64,000 nucleotides of DNA from an uncultured virus (IMG/VR IMGVR_UViG_3300022602_000070) (IMGVR_UViG_3300022602_000070), one strand, 5' to 3'. Counted from the first letter of the stretch, positions 50,123 through 59,540 are shown. The notes: a model not told the origin generated them from the letters alone. A program made the numbers and translations.

Positions 50123-50880
50123 TGAACTTTAACGATTTATACAAAAAAATCCGCGCAATAGAAGAGAATTTACAAGTTGTACCAAATCCATCGGGTGCTA
50201 CCAGTGTTGACCAAGCTAAAAAGTTAGGAGCAATGATGCCAGCGCCTCCAGGACAACCAGATCCAATTGGCATTGCACCTGTACATACAGACGGTCCTGC
50301 TAAAGAAGAAGGAATTATAATTGGCGGTCCTGCTCCTATGCCAGGATTAGGACAACAAGGCCAGCAAGACTCGGTTAACATGAATGTTACTATGAGCGGT
50401 TCTGGCGAAGGTGGCTTACGTAACATTATGAATATTTTACGCAACATTGAAGCTAGTGCGCCTGCCCATCACGAGCCAGCAGTACATCACGATGCAGAAA
50501 TTTCAGTTCATGCTGAGCCAGAAATGCATCATGATGAACCGGCACATGCTCCAGAACATGATGATATTCTGTTTGGTGATGACGAAGATCGTAAAGTAGC
50601 AGAAGAAGAAGCCGCAGTTGCCGCTACTACTGCTACTGATCAAGAAATGTCAGAAGTATTTGATGACGATAAAGAAGTGTGGGGTAATAGCGCACACGGT
50701 GATAGCGGCCATCACGTAAAAGGAATTGACGCTGTAACATTTAGCGGCAACGATATGAATAGTAAAGGCAAAATTAGTCCACTAGCTCGCGCTCCAGGAT
50801 CTAATACATTACGTAGCCCAATGGAAGAATCATTGTCCAAAAGACTACAAGAATTATACACCGAAATTAAAAATAGATAA
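50122..50880 (+). CDS. Acidic, low-complexity probable prohead core / internal protein
   Basis: GGAG RBS; Pro/His/Glu-rich; IEE and MEES motifs. Confidence 0.45.
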   Translation: MNFNDLYKKIRAIEENLQVVPNPSGATSVDQAKKLGAMMPAPPGQPDPIGIAPVHTDGPAKEEGIIIGGPAPMPGLGQQGQQDSVNMNVTMSGSGEGGLRNIMNILRNIEASAPAHHEPAVHHDAEISVHAEPEMHHDEPAHAPEHDDILFGDDEDRKVAEEEAAVAATTATDQEMSEVFDDDKEVWGNSAHGDSGHHVKGIDAVTFSGNDMNSKGKISPLARAPGSNTLRSPMEESLSKRLQELYTEIKNR

Positions 50881-50914
50881 GTTTCGTCGCAGTTAGCACC
50901 CTGTCCAAGGTGCC

Positions 50915-50942
50915 AAATAGACTCTTCGGAGTCTATTTTTTT
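50915..50942 (+). terminator. Intrinsic terminator with C(UUCG)G tetraloop
   Basis: AAATAGACTC-TTCG-GAGTCTATTT-TTTT; the cUUCGg loop is typical of T4-like terminators. Confidence 0.88.
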
Positions 50943-50956
50943 CGGTAAATAGTTTT

Positions 50957-52555
50957 ATGGCAAAATCATTAGACGGCGTCTTAACCAAAAAAGCGCACAG
51001 TAAAGAAAAGTTTACAGAACAGCAAATTCAAGATTTGTTGGCTTGTTCCAACCCCGCCGATGGATATCTTCACTTTGCTAAAAACTTTTTTCACATTCAA
51101 CACCCTGTTAAAGGTAAAATGTTGTTCGAGCCTTACGACTATCAAATAAGACTGTTACACAGCTATCATGATTATCGCTTTAATATTAACATGCTTCCAC
51201 GTCAAAGTGGCAAGACAACTTGTGCAAGTGCATACTTACTATGGTATGCCATGTTCCATCCAGACCAAACCGTTCTAGTAGCGGCGCACAAGTATACCGG
51301 CGCACAAGAAATTATGCAACGTATTCGCTACGGATACGAATTATGCCCAGACTTTTTAAGAGCGGGCGTTGTAAGTTATAACAAAGGGAGTATCGATTTT
51401 GATAATGGCTCAAGAATTGTATCAGCTACTACTACCGGTAATACTGGTCGTGGTATGTCAATATCCTTATTATACTGTGACGAGTTTGCGTTCGTTCAGC
51501 CTAACATTGCAACAGAGTTTTGGACTTCAATCAGTCCAACACTAGCAACAGGTGGTCGAGCAATTATCACATCAACACCCAATAGTGACGAAGATGAATT
51601 CGCTGTCATTTGGAAGGAGTCGCAGGATTTATTTGACGAGTTTGGTAATACTAAAGAAGATCAAACAGGACGAAATGGATTCCACGGATTCCGTGCCGAA
51701 TGGTATGAACATCCAGATCGCGGAGAAGAATGGAAGAAAACAGAGATGGGGCGTATCGGTGAAGAACGATTCCGTCGTGAATATGGTTGCGAGTTCTTGG
51801 TGTTTGATGAAACGCTCATTAACAGTATTAAACTTAATGAATTGCTAGGAAGAGAACCTATACAAAAAATGGGACAAGTACGTTGGTGGAAGAAACCTGA
51901 AGCTGGCAAATTATATCTTGTAGCATTAGATCCTAGTTTAGGCACCGGAGGAGATTACGGTGCTATTGAAGTATTCCAAATGCCAGAAATGATACAAGTA
52001 GCAGAATGGCAACATAATATTACACCTGTACAACAACAAGTTAAAATATTAAGAGATATATTAAAATATATTTCAGATGAAATAGGCGGTGAAGCATTTA
52101 ATCAAATATACTGGAGTGTAGAAAATAACACAGTAGGCGAAAGTGCGTTAGTTGTCATAGAAAATTTAGGAGAAGAAACTTTCCCAGGATTGTTCTTAAG
52201 TGAGCCATTACGCAAAGGGCACGTTAAAAAGTTCCGTAAAGGATTTAACACAACTTTTGGTAATAAAATCAGTACATGTGCTAAAGTAAAGTACTTGATT
52301 GAAGAAGATAAAATGACATTAAACAGCAGACCATTAATTAGCGAACTTAAAACATATATTGCCGCTGGCGCTAGTTTTAAGGCAAAAGTAGGCGAACATG
52401 ATGACTTAGTAGCCGCATTATTGCTAGTAGTACGTATGAGTTTGTTGCTAGCAGAATGGGATCCAGCGGTATTTGAACTAATGCGGGTGGCTAGCGAGCT
52501 AGAAGAAGAACCATGGGACGCACCGTTGCCCATATTTGTTTCAACAGGTATGTGA
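50957..52555 (+). CDS. gp17: Terminase large subunit (T4 gp17-like)
   Basis: Walker A PRQSGKTT, Walker B LLYCDEFAF, ITSTPN, nuclease motifs LDPSLGTGGD and HDDLV. Confidence 0.95.
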   Translation: MAKSLDGVLTKKAHSKEKFTEQQIQDLLACSNPADGYLHFAKNFFHIQHPVKGKMLFEPYDYQIRLLHSYHDYRFNINMLPRQSGKTTCASAYLLWYAMFHPDQTVLVAAHKYTGAQEIMQRIRYGYELCPDFLRAGVVSYNKGSIDFDNGSRIVSATTTGNTGRGMSISLLYCDEFAFVQPNIATEFWTSISPTLATGGRAIITSTPNSDEDEFAVIWKESQDLFDEFGNTKEDQTGRNGFHGFRAEWYEHPDRGEEWKKTEMGRIGEERFRREYGCEFLVFDETLINSIKLNELLGREPIQKMGQVRWWKKPEAGKLYLVALDPSLGTGGDYGAIEVFQMPEMIQVAEWQHNITPVQQQVKILRDILKYISDEIGGEAFNQIYWSVENNTVGESALVVIENLGEETFPGLFLSEPLRKGHVKKFRKGFNTTFGNKISTCAKVKYLIEEDKMTLNSRPLISELKTYIAAGASFKAKVGEHDDLVAALLLVVRMSLLLAEWDPAVFELMRVASELEEEPWDAPLPIFVSTGM

Positions 52556-52565
52556 TAAATATAAC

Positions 52566-54779
52566 ATGAACACGAATTTAGATAAAATTGCATTAGATCT
52601 ATACGGAAAAATAAAAACACGTTTTCCTAACATTAAAATGGGCGATGAAAACGCCACCGTTTTAAGTAAAAAAACAGATATTCCACACGCTCGATTTTTT
52701 GAATTTAATTACGAAGATAATGGAAAAAGTCTAGGAACCGTTGCTATTACTTTAGACGAAGATGATGGCATAATTGTACAACTTAGCGGAAAACTTGCTG
52801 ATAGCAAGCATACCGGTGCGTTTAAATTTATTCGCAGTTTTAGACAATTTGCAAAAGATCGTTTACTAAAATTTGATGTACAAAATATTGGCAAGAGCGA
52901 ATTAGATAAAAGAGATTATGAATTTCAAGCAAAACCCAAGGAACCAGAACCCATGGAAACAATGATGGAAAGTAAGATGTATGGTACTGCTCGCATGAGT
53001 TACCAAGACTTAGGAGAAGCAAGGTTAATTGTCAAACACAGTCAACCAGTTAATCCAGAAGTTGCCGCAGGACGCACAATGCATATTGAAGGTATCTGGG
53101 TAGAAAACGCAGACGGTGAACGTTTTAAATATCCTTACAAGCATCTTAATGGTGCTCGCGCACTAGCTGAACATTTAAAACATGGTGGCAATCCGTATGA
53201 TGGCATTGGTCAACATATTTCTAGTCTCAGCGAAGAACTAGCACAGTTACGTAAATTTAAAGGCTATGTTGGTCGTAATGATGCATTGTCAGAAGCAATG
53301 GGCGACATTACAACTAAAGTTTTTGAACGTATTGAAGCAGTTAAAAAAGAAATACATAATTTACAACGTCCTGCTTATTATACACAATTTGCAGAATCAT
53401 TTAGTGCTCAAGAAGAACAAATGATTCCTGAAGAAATTATGAGTGACTGGATTGATCGTTTAACAATCCGCACATTTAACGAAGATTTAAAAACAGCATT
53501 TCCATATATTTTCCGTTTAGTAGGCGAAAATATTCCTGTTAAGTCTGTTTCTCCAGACGACTTGCTAAGTGAATTACGCTCAGAAGAAAAAGACGAAAAA
53601 GGCAACGTGGTTCGTTGGAAAGAAGAAGGCGAGTGGAAAAAAGCTGAGAAGAAAGACGGCCGTGGTAAAGTTACTAATTTAAGTGACAAAGCACGCCGTG
53701 AAACAGAAAAACTAAACAAAAAAGACGAAGCATTAGATCCGTTATCTAGATTTGAATCAGCAATTAGCAATATATTAGGTGAAGATGACGAAAGCCAAGA
53801 AGGCGAAAATACATTGTTTAGTCCTAACAGATCGACACAACAAAGTGCTATTGATAAATTCAACGAAATCATGAAGACTGAATTAAAAGGCGGTCCTAAT
53901 GGTATTAATATTATCGATAGTTTGAAAGGTCTTATCGACGATCCTGCATTTTTAGAAAAAATGAAAGATATCGATCCTGATTTGGATGCTCGAGGGGCGA
54001 TCCAACAAGAGTTAAATGCAATGGCAAAAGATGATACTGAAATTGCAAGAATTATTCCTTTCTTAGACTTTAAAGGCAATGAACAAATCGGCGGAGAAGA
54101 AATGCCACCAGAAGGTGCTCCTCCAGCTCCAGATGCAGGTGCTATGCCTCCACCAGATGCAGGTGCTATGCCTCCACCAGATGCAGGTGCTATGCCTCCG
54201 GGAGCAGTTCCTCCAGGTGCTCCAGGCGCTCCTCCAGCTCCAGGTGCAGAAGCTCCTCCACCAGGAGCAGTTCCTCCAGGCGCTCCTCCAATGGCAGAAA
54301 GTGCATCTCAATCTAAACTAATTAAAGCAATACATGTAGCTAAAGAATGTGGTGCAAAATTAGATACAAAATTAGATTTTGGAAATAGAGAAATGACATT
54401 ACACGATTGTATTCGTGAATGTGGAATGAATCCGCAAGACTTTGGATTCGACAAACCTAACGGCGAAAGCGGAGCCCAACAAATGCTTAAACGTATTTCT
54501 GGATTCTGGAACAAAGAAGAAGGTAATTTCACAATTGGTGGAACTCGTGCTAAAACAATGTTAATAAAAGCCTTTAAAAATGGCGAGTTTGACAATGCAA
54601 CTGAACAAGATTTACGTCAAGTGATGAAGCTGATTGATAAAAAAGATCCTAGTTCAAATCCGCACCACAGTGGAGAAGTTGATCGTATTTCTAGTCTAGC
54701 AGGAATCGACAATTCAACACACCATGCAAGTAGTCCAATAGATGCCATGAAAAATATCATTGGCAAATTAAATTTTTAA
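52566..54779 (+). CDS. Large acidic late protein with Pro-rich linker (probable head-associated)
   Basis: Start at 52566 follows TAAATA (52556-52561) and avoids overlap with gp17; xES motifs; PPPDAGAM repeats. Confidence 0.55.
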   Translation: MNTNLDKIALDLYGKIKTRFPNIKMGDENATVLSKKTDIPHARFFEFNYEDNGKSLGTVAITLDEDDGIIVQLSGKLADSKHTGAFKFIRSFRQFAKDRLLKFDVQNIGKSELDKRDYEFQAKPKEPEPMETMMESKMYGTARMSYQDLGEARLIVKHSQPVNPEVAAGRTMHIEGIWVENADGERFKYPYKHLNGARALAEHLKHGGNPYDGIGQHISSLSEELAQLRKFKGYVGRNDALSEAMGDITTKVFERIEAVKKEIHNLQRPAYYTQFAESFSAQEEQMIPEEIMSDWIDRLTIRTFNEDLKTAFPYIFRLVGENIPVKSVSPDDLLSELRSEEKDEKGNVVRWKEEGEWKKAEKKDGRGKVTNLSDKARRETEKLNKKDEALDPLSRFESAISNILGEDDESQEGENTLFSPNRSTQQSAIDKFNEIMKTELKGGPNGINIIDSLKGLIDDPAFLEKMKDIDPDLDARGAIQQELNAMAKDDTEIARIIPFLDFKGNEQIGGEEMPPEGAPPAPDAGAMPPPDAGAMPPPDAGAMPPGAVPPGAPGAPPAPGAEAPPPGAVPPGAPPMAESASQSKLIKAIHVAKECGAKLDTKLDFGNREMTLHDCIRECGMNPQDFGFDKPNGESGAQQMLKRISGFWNKEEGNFTIGGTRAKTMLIKAFKNGEFDNATEQDLRQVMKLIDKKDPSSNPHHSGEVDRISSLAGIDNSTHHASSPIDAMKNIIGKLNF
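54129..54200 (+). repeat. 24-bp tandem repeat x3 (in-frame PDAGAMPP)
   Basis: CCAGATGCAGGTGCTATGCCTCC(A/G). Confidence 0.9.
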
Positions 54780-54800
54780 TAACCATAGAAGGTATATATC

Positions 54801-55565
54801 ATGCAAAAAATTACAGAATCAGAATTAAAAGCAAAAGTATCTAATCTACGAGAATACATCGCAATCGTAGAAGCAGAACAACCAGTAACAGAGTTCTGGA
54901 ATGAATTAGGTCAATGGATTGGCAGTGCGGCCGGTGTTGCAACAGCACCAGTCAGAGCTGCCGCTGATGCAGGACAATGGATTTATAACAATGCAGGCCA
55001 ATTAGTTGACAAGGCTACTGGCGCAATCAAACAAGGTGCTCAAGCAGTTGGCAATGCAGTCACCGGCGCGGCCCAAGATGTAGCACAAGGTGCTCAACAA
55101 GGTTGGCAAAATACTGATCCAGCAAAACTAGCACAAGGTGCAGTTAACGCTGTGTCAGGACAGTCAGCCGCTCCAGCAGGCACTACTCTTAAAACACCAG
55201 ACGAAATTAAAGCGTTCCAAAAAGCTAACGGATTAACACCAGATGGCATTATTGGACCTAAAACACAAGCCGCTATGAAGACAAAAGGTGTTACTAGTGG
55301 TGCGCCAGCAGCCAAGCCAGCAGCCAAGCCAGCAGCCAAGCCAGCGGCTCCTGCTCCGCAAGGTGCTGTCCAACAAGGACAAAACCCGAACATTAGTGAC
55401 GCAACACGTCAGGCCGCCACAACAGCAACGGCTCCTGCTCCTGCCCCTGCGGTACAATCTCCAACACCAGATAACAAACCTCAACCAACAGGCGCAACTG
55501 TTTGGGCAGAATCTTCTGGATTCGACGAAGTTCAACGTTTGGTAAGTTTAGTACATTACAGATAA
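54801..55565 (+). CDS. Peptidoglycan-binding-domain protein with Ala/Gln/Pro-rich linkers
   Basis: IKAFQKANGLTPDGIIGPKTQAAM PG-binding motif. Confidence 0.7.
   Translation: MQKITESELKAKVSNLREYIAIVEAEQPVTEFWNELGQWIGSAAGVATAPVRAAADAGQWIYNNAGQLVDKATGAIKQGAQAVGNAVTGAAQDVAQGAQQGWQNTDPAKLAQGAVNAVSGQSAAPAGTTLKTPDEIKAFQKANGLTPDGIIGPKTQAAMKTKGVTSGAPAAKPAAKPAAKPAAPAPQGAVQQGQNPNISDATRQAATTATAPAPAPAVQSPTPDNKPQPTGATVWAESSGFDEVQRLVSLVHYR
55305..55345 (+). repeat. 12-bp tandem repeat x3+ (PAAK)
   Basis: CCAGCAGCCAAG. Confidence 0.85.
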
Positions 55566-55579
55566 TTTAGGTTACAACA

Positions 55580-56575
55580 ATGGATGCTAATATTCTTATT
55601 GAACGTGCTCAAAGACTAAAAGCCTTAGTCGAAGCCGATATTAACATTGACTTGCGTGGTGGCGGCCGTGCGGCAATGGATAAAATTAATCCTGCTAATT
55701 TTAGTAATGAAAGGGATTATGCTCAGGCAGTTGCGGCCGCTGGCAACAGTGCGCAAGCAGATGCCTTGAAAAATTTAAATTTAAATGATCCAGCATCTAT
55801 TGCCAAATACAATACACCTGTTGCGCAACCTACTGCGGCTCAACAAGCTGAATGGAGTAAAGATGCAACTGCTGATCAAAAGGCAGATTGGCGTTATGGC
55901 AAACAAGGAGCCGCGGCAGCACCGGCAGGCACTACTAAACCAGCCGCTGTCAAAGATCCTAAAGTATTATCATTACAACAAAAATTAATAGCACTAGGTG
56001 CTAAAATACAAGCAGACGGCATTATGGGTCCACAAACACAAGCCGCAATGAAACAGTATGGGTTGGACATTAATGGCAATAGTACTGCTAAGAATGTTGC
56101 GGCACCTGGACAGCCGCCAGCTACATTGATGAAAGATACACCTGCTGGCCAATTACAAACACAAGCCGCACAACAAGCTAAAGCCGCTTCGGATAGAAGT
56201 GCTACAACAACTGATCCAAACAGAACCAGTTTAAATGCTAATATACAAGTAGCTCAACCTACGGGACCAATTGCTCCAACAGCAATTAATAATGGTAGCG
56301 GAGTTGGTAAAAATGCAACCTTAGATCCGGCACAAGCAAGTGCGGCTAAAGATGCTATGAGTGACCCGACTGTTAGTGCCAGAGATAAAGCATTTTTAGC
56401 TCAGATGCAAAGGAATACACAAGCGGCCGCACCTACTGCTCCTGCCGCACCTACTGCTCCTGCCGCACCTACTGCTCCGGTTGGCACAAAAGGACAAGCT
56501 AGAGCAAGAGCCCAGGCCCAACCGGTTCAAGAAAGTTTGAGCAGAATTATCGATTTGGCAAAATATCTAAAATAA
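55580..56575 (+). CDS. Peptidoglycan-binding-domain protein with Ala-rich linkers
   Basis: VLSLQQKLIALGAKIQADGIMGPQTQAAM PG-binding motif. Confidence 0.65.
   Translation: MDANILIERAQRLKALVEADINIDLRGGGRAAMDKINPANFSNERDYAQAVAAAGNSAQADALKNLNLNDPASIAKYNTPVAQPTAAQQAEWSKDATADQKADWRYGKQGAAAAPAGTTKPAAVKDPKVLSLQQKLIALGAKIQADGIMGPQTQAAMKQYGLDINGNSTAKNVAAPGQPPATLMKDTPAGQLQTQAAQQAKAASDRSATTTDPNRTSLNANIQVAQPTGPIAPTAINNGSGVGKNATLDPAQASAAKDAMSDPTVSARDKAFLAQMQRNTQAAAPTAPAAPTAPAAPTAPVGTKGQARARAQAQPVQESLSRIIDLAKYLK
56426..56479 (+). repeat. 18-bp tandem repeat x3 (AAPTAP)
   Basis: GCCGCACCTACTGCTCC(T/G). Confidence 0.85.
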
Positions 56576-56600
56576 TATCACATTTAGAGCGATATTTCGC

Positions 56601-56629
56601 TTGCAGAACTAAATAAAAGTGCGTACAAT
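56601..56629 (+). promoter_or_regulatory. Sigma70-like promoter with an embedded late TAAATA
   Basis: TTGCAG (56601-56606), 17 bp, TACAAT (56624-56629); TAAATA at 56610-56615. Confidence 0.55.
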
Positions 56630-56716
56630 AACATGTATGCGCTTTTGTTTTATGTAGATCATAAAGCAATATTAGGCAAATAAAAGCACATAAAGGCATA
56701 TTAAAGGAGAACTATT

Positions 56717-57706
56717 ATGGCAACTTTAGCAGAAATCAGAGCAAAACTTAAGGCATCCGAATCAAAAGGATCAGACAATCAAAGATCAGGCGGAGACAAA
56801 TCAATTTATCCGTTTTGGAATCTTAAAGAAGGTGGCGAATCTACACTTAGATTTTTACCAGATGGTAACACCGACAACACTTTTTTCTGGGTAGAACGAG
56901 CAATGATCAAATTGCCATTCTCAGGAATCAAAGGTGAATCAGAAAGCAAAAACATCACAGTACAAGTTCCATGCGTAGAAATGTATGGCGACACTTGCCC
57001 AATCTTGGCAGAAGTACGTGGATGGTTCAAAGACCCTGCATTAGAAGACATGGGTCGTAAATACTGGAAGAAACGTAGTTACATTTTCCAAGGGTTTGTT
57101 GCAGAAGACGGACTCGGAGAGAAAGACGAAGAAAAACCAGAAAATCCAATTCGTCGTTTTATTATTGGACCTCAAATCTTTACATCAATTCGTGCGGCAC
57201 TTGTCGATCCAGAATTGGAAGATTTGCCAACTGACTACGTGCATGGTTTAGACTATCGCATGAAGAAAGGTTCAAAAGGCGGCTACGCAGACTACTCAAC
57301 ATCAAGTTGGGCACGTCGTGAGCGTCCACTTAGTGACGAAGAACAAGCGGCTATCAAACAACATGGTTTGTTTAATCTAACAGACTTTTTGCCTAAAAAG
57401 CCAGGCGAAGTTGAATTGAAAGTTATGAAGGAAATGTTCGAAGCATCAGTTGACGGCGAACCATATGACATGGAACGTTGGGGTCAATATTTCAAACCAG
57501 CAGGTATGAGCCAAAACACTGGCGATCCTGTGAAGTCAACTCCTAAAGCATCTGCACCAGTAGATGATATCGATGAAGATGAAGCACCAGCTAAAGTTGC
57601 TAAGACTGCTCCAGCAGTAGAAGCAAAAGCAGAAGCAACTGGTGCAAGTGGCGATTCACGTGCCCAAGATATTTTGGCAATGATTCGCAATCGTCAAAAG
57701 CAATAA
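56717..57706 (+). CDS. gp32: Single-stranded DNA-binding protein (T4 gp32-like)
   Basis: AAGGAG RBS; LRFLPD, C.....CP, YWKKRSY, IIGPQIF, GGYADYSTSSW; acidic C-terminal linker. Confidence 0.85.
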   Translation: MATLAEIRAKLKASESKGSDNQRSGGDKSIYPFWNLKEGGESTLRFLPDGNTDNTFFWVERAMIKLPFSGIKGESESKNITVQVPCVEMYGDTCPILAEVRGWFKDPALEDMGRKYWKKRSYIFQGFVAEDGLGEKDEEKPENPIRRFIIGPQIFTSIRAALVDPELEDLPTDYVHGLDYRMKKGSKGGYADYSTSSWARRERPLSDEEQAAIKQHGLFNLTDFLPKKPGEVELKVMKEMFEASVDGEPYDMERWGQYFKPAGMSQNTGDPVKSTPKASAPVDDIDEDEAPAKVAKTAPAVEAKAEATGASGDSRAQDILAMIRNRQKQ

Positions 57707-57712
57707 GCATAC

Positions 57713-57757
57713 GGCTCGGGCCACTGCAACCTAGTTGTACGCCCGGGTTATCTTTTT
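57713..57757 (+). terminator. GC-rich hairpin / possible leaky terminator between gp32 and uvsX
   Basis: GGCTCGGGC/GCCCGGGTT outer stem, TGCAAC/GTTGTA inner stem, then ATCTTTTT. Confidence 0.5.
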
Positions 57758-57771
57758 AGGAGAATTAATTT

Positions 57772-58827
57772 ATGGCCACAAAAGCCTTCGATCTATCGAA
57801 ATTTAGAAAGACCTTGACTAAGAGTATTGACGGTCTAGGTATTGGGTTTAACGACCCAACTGATTGGGTAAGCACAGGTAACTTTGCTTTGAACTATCTA
57901 ATCAGTGGTGACTTTAACAAAGGTATTCCTTTGGGCAAGGTTACAGTATTTGCTGGCGAGTCGGGCGCTGGTAAGTCATATATTTGTTCTGGTAACATTG
58001 TTAAGAACGCACAAGAGCAAGGCATTTATGTTATTCTTGTAGACAGTGAAAATGCATTAGATGAAAAATGGTTACATGCATTAGGTGTAGATACTAGTGA
58101 AGAAAAACTTCTCAAGTTGAACATGGCTATGATTGATGATGTGGCAAAAACAATCCACGAATTCATGACAGAATACAAAGCTATGGAACAACGTCCTAAG
58201 GTCTTATTTGTCATAGACAGTTTGGGTATGTTGCTTACCCCTACCGATATCAATCAGTTTGAAGCGGGAGATCTTAAAGGCGACATGGGTCGTAAACCTA
58301 AAGCATTAACAGCATTGGTTCGTAATTGTGTAAACATGTTCGGTAACTATAACGTAGGTATGGTTTGTACAAATCACACATACGCAAGTCAAGATATGTT
58401 CGATCCAGATGACAAAATTTCAGGCGGACAAGGCTTCGTTTATGCAAGTTCTATCGTAGTTGCTATGAAGAAATTGAAGTTGAAAGAAGACGAAGACGGT
58501 AACAAGGTTTCGGAAGTAAACGGTATTCGTGCCGCTTGTAAGATTATGAAAACTCGTTACGCAAAGCCTTTTGAAACACTACAAGTAAAGATCCCATACG
58601 AAACAGGTATGAATCCTTACAGTGGTTTAGTCGACTTGTGCGAGAAAGCTGGATTGTTAAAACAAGAAGGTAATAGACTCAAGTGGGTTGATCCGGATAC
58701 AGGTGAGGAATTCAAATTCTACCGAAAAGAATGGAAAGATGATAAATTAGATATGATAATGGCAAAATTCCATATCAAACCTACAACAACTACCATTCCT
58801 GAGGAGACAGAAGAAAATGTTGAATGA
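57772..58827 (+). CDS. uvsX: RecA-like recombinase
   Basis: AGGAG RBS; FAGESGAGKS Walker A, DSENALD, VIDSLGML, NHTY, SGG.GF.YASS. Confidence 0.92.
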   Translation: MATKAFDLSKFRKTLTKSIDGLGIGFNDPTDWVSTGNFALNYLISGDFNKGIPLGKVTVFAGESGAGKSYICSGNIVKNAQEQGIYVILVDSENALDEKWLHALGVDTSEEKLLKLNMAMIDDVAKTIHEFMTEYKAMEQRPKVLFVIDSLGMLLTPTDINQFEAGDLKGDMGRKPKALTALVRNCVNMFGNYNVGMVCTNHTYASQDMFDPDDKISGGQGFVYASSIVVAMKKLKLKEDEDGNKVSEVNGIRAACKIMKTRYAKPFETLQVKIPYETGMNPYSGLVDLCEKAGLLKQEGNRLKWVDPDTGEEFKFYRKEWKDDKLDMIMAKFHIKPTTTTIPEETEENVE

Positions 58828-59062
58828 GACACAAATCGGTGACATCTGGTTGCTATTCGCAGATTATATTGACAAAAAAGTAATTGACAGTGTAGCTGAG
58901 CGTTATGTAGATTTACTAGCCGATTTCGGTACTAGTGATCGTGTAATGCAAAATGCAACAGGCGTCGACGGTGTCCTAGATTCTGCAATCGAATATTATC
59001 TCGATGAAGAGTCTGATGAAGAAGAAGAAACAAACTATAACGAAGAAGACGAGGATTATTAA
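58817..59062 (+). CDS. Hypothetical acidic protein
   Basis: 81 aa ORF overlapping both uvsX and uvsY ends. Confidence 0.65.
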   Translation: MLNETQIGDIWLLFADYIDKKVIDSVAERYVDLLADFGTSDRVMQNATGVDGVLDSAIEYYLDEESDEEEETNYNEEDEDY

Positions 59063-59517
59063 TGGGTTGGTATTCCGATATAGCTAAAGATATCAGCAAT
59101 ATTCCTGCGGCAGTGGCATTCTACGAAGCAGAACTAGTTGAAGCACGAACCGAAGTTAAACTTGGTGGTAACGTAGAAAGAGCCAGTGCATCATTACCAG
59201 GAATAGTTGAACATCGATTCAGCCAATTGCAAGAAATTGAAGCCATATTGGAATATCTTAACATTGAATTGCGTCGTTTAAAAAGTAGTTTCTTTAGAAA
59301 GTATTTGGAAAACTATCAACGTGCTCTTAGTAGCAGAGATTGTGAACGTTACGTGGAAGGCGAGGCCGATGTTGTTGATATGGAAAAAATTATCAACGAA
59401 TTTGCCTTGCTAAGAAACAAATGGTTGGGTATCACTAAAGGTCTTGACCAAAAACAATGGCAAATTACTAACATTGTTAAATTGCGTGTTGCAGGTATGG
59501 AAGACGCTAGTTTATAA
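59062..59517 (+). CDS. uvsY: Recombination mediator (UvsY-like)
   Basis: GAGGA RBS; helical protein, YLENYQRALSSRD..RYVEGE, KGLDQKQWQITNIVKLR; uvsX-uvsW context. Confidence 0.75.
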   Translation: MGWYSDIAKDISNIPAAVAFYEAELVEARTEVKLGGNVERASASLPGIVEHRFSQLQEIEAILEYLNIELRRLKSSFFRKYLENYQRALSSRDCERYVEGEADVVDMEKIINEFALLRNKWLGITKGLDQKQWQITNIVKLRVAGMEDASL

Positions 59518-59540
59518 TCAATCTGCTCGAAACAGAGACC

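Noticed and set aside
52536..52565. Upstream TTG start for the 747 aa ORF (similarly the GTG start at 60765 for uvsW)
   Set aside because: Overlaps the previous gene; ATGs at 52566 and 60810 fit the promoter spacing and the ATGA coupling better
53408..54079. 223 aa minus-strand ORF
   Set aside because: Ser/Phe/Leu-rich antisense shadow of the Glu/Lys-rich plus-strand gene
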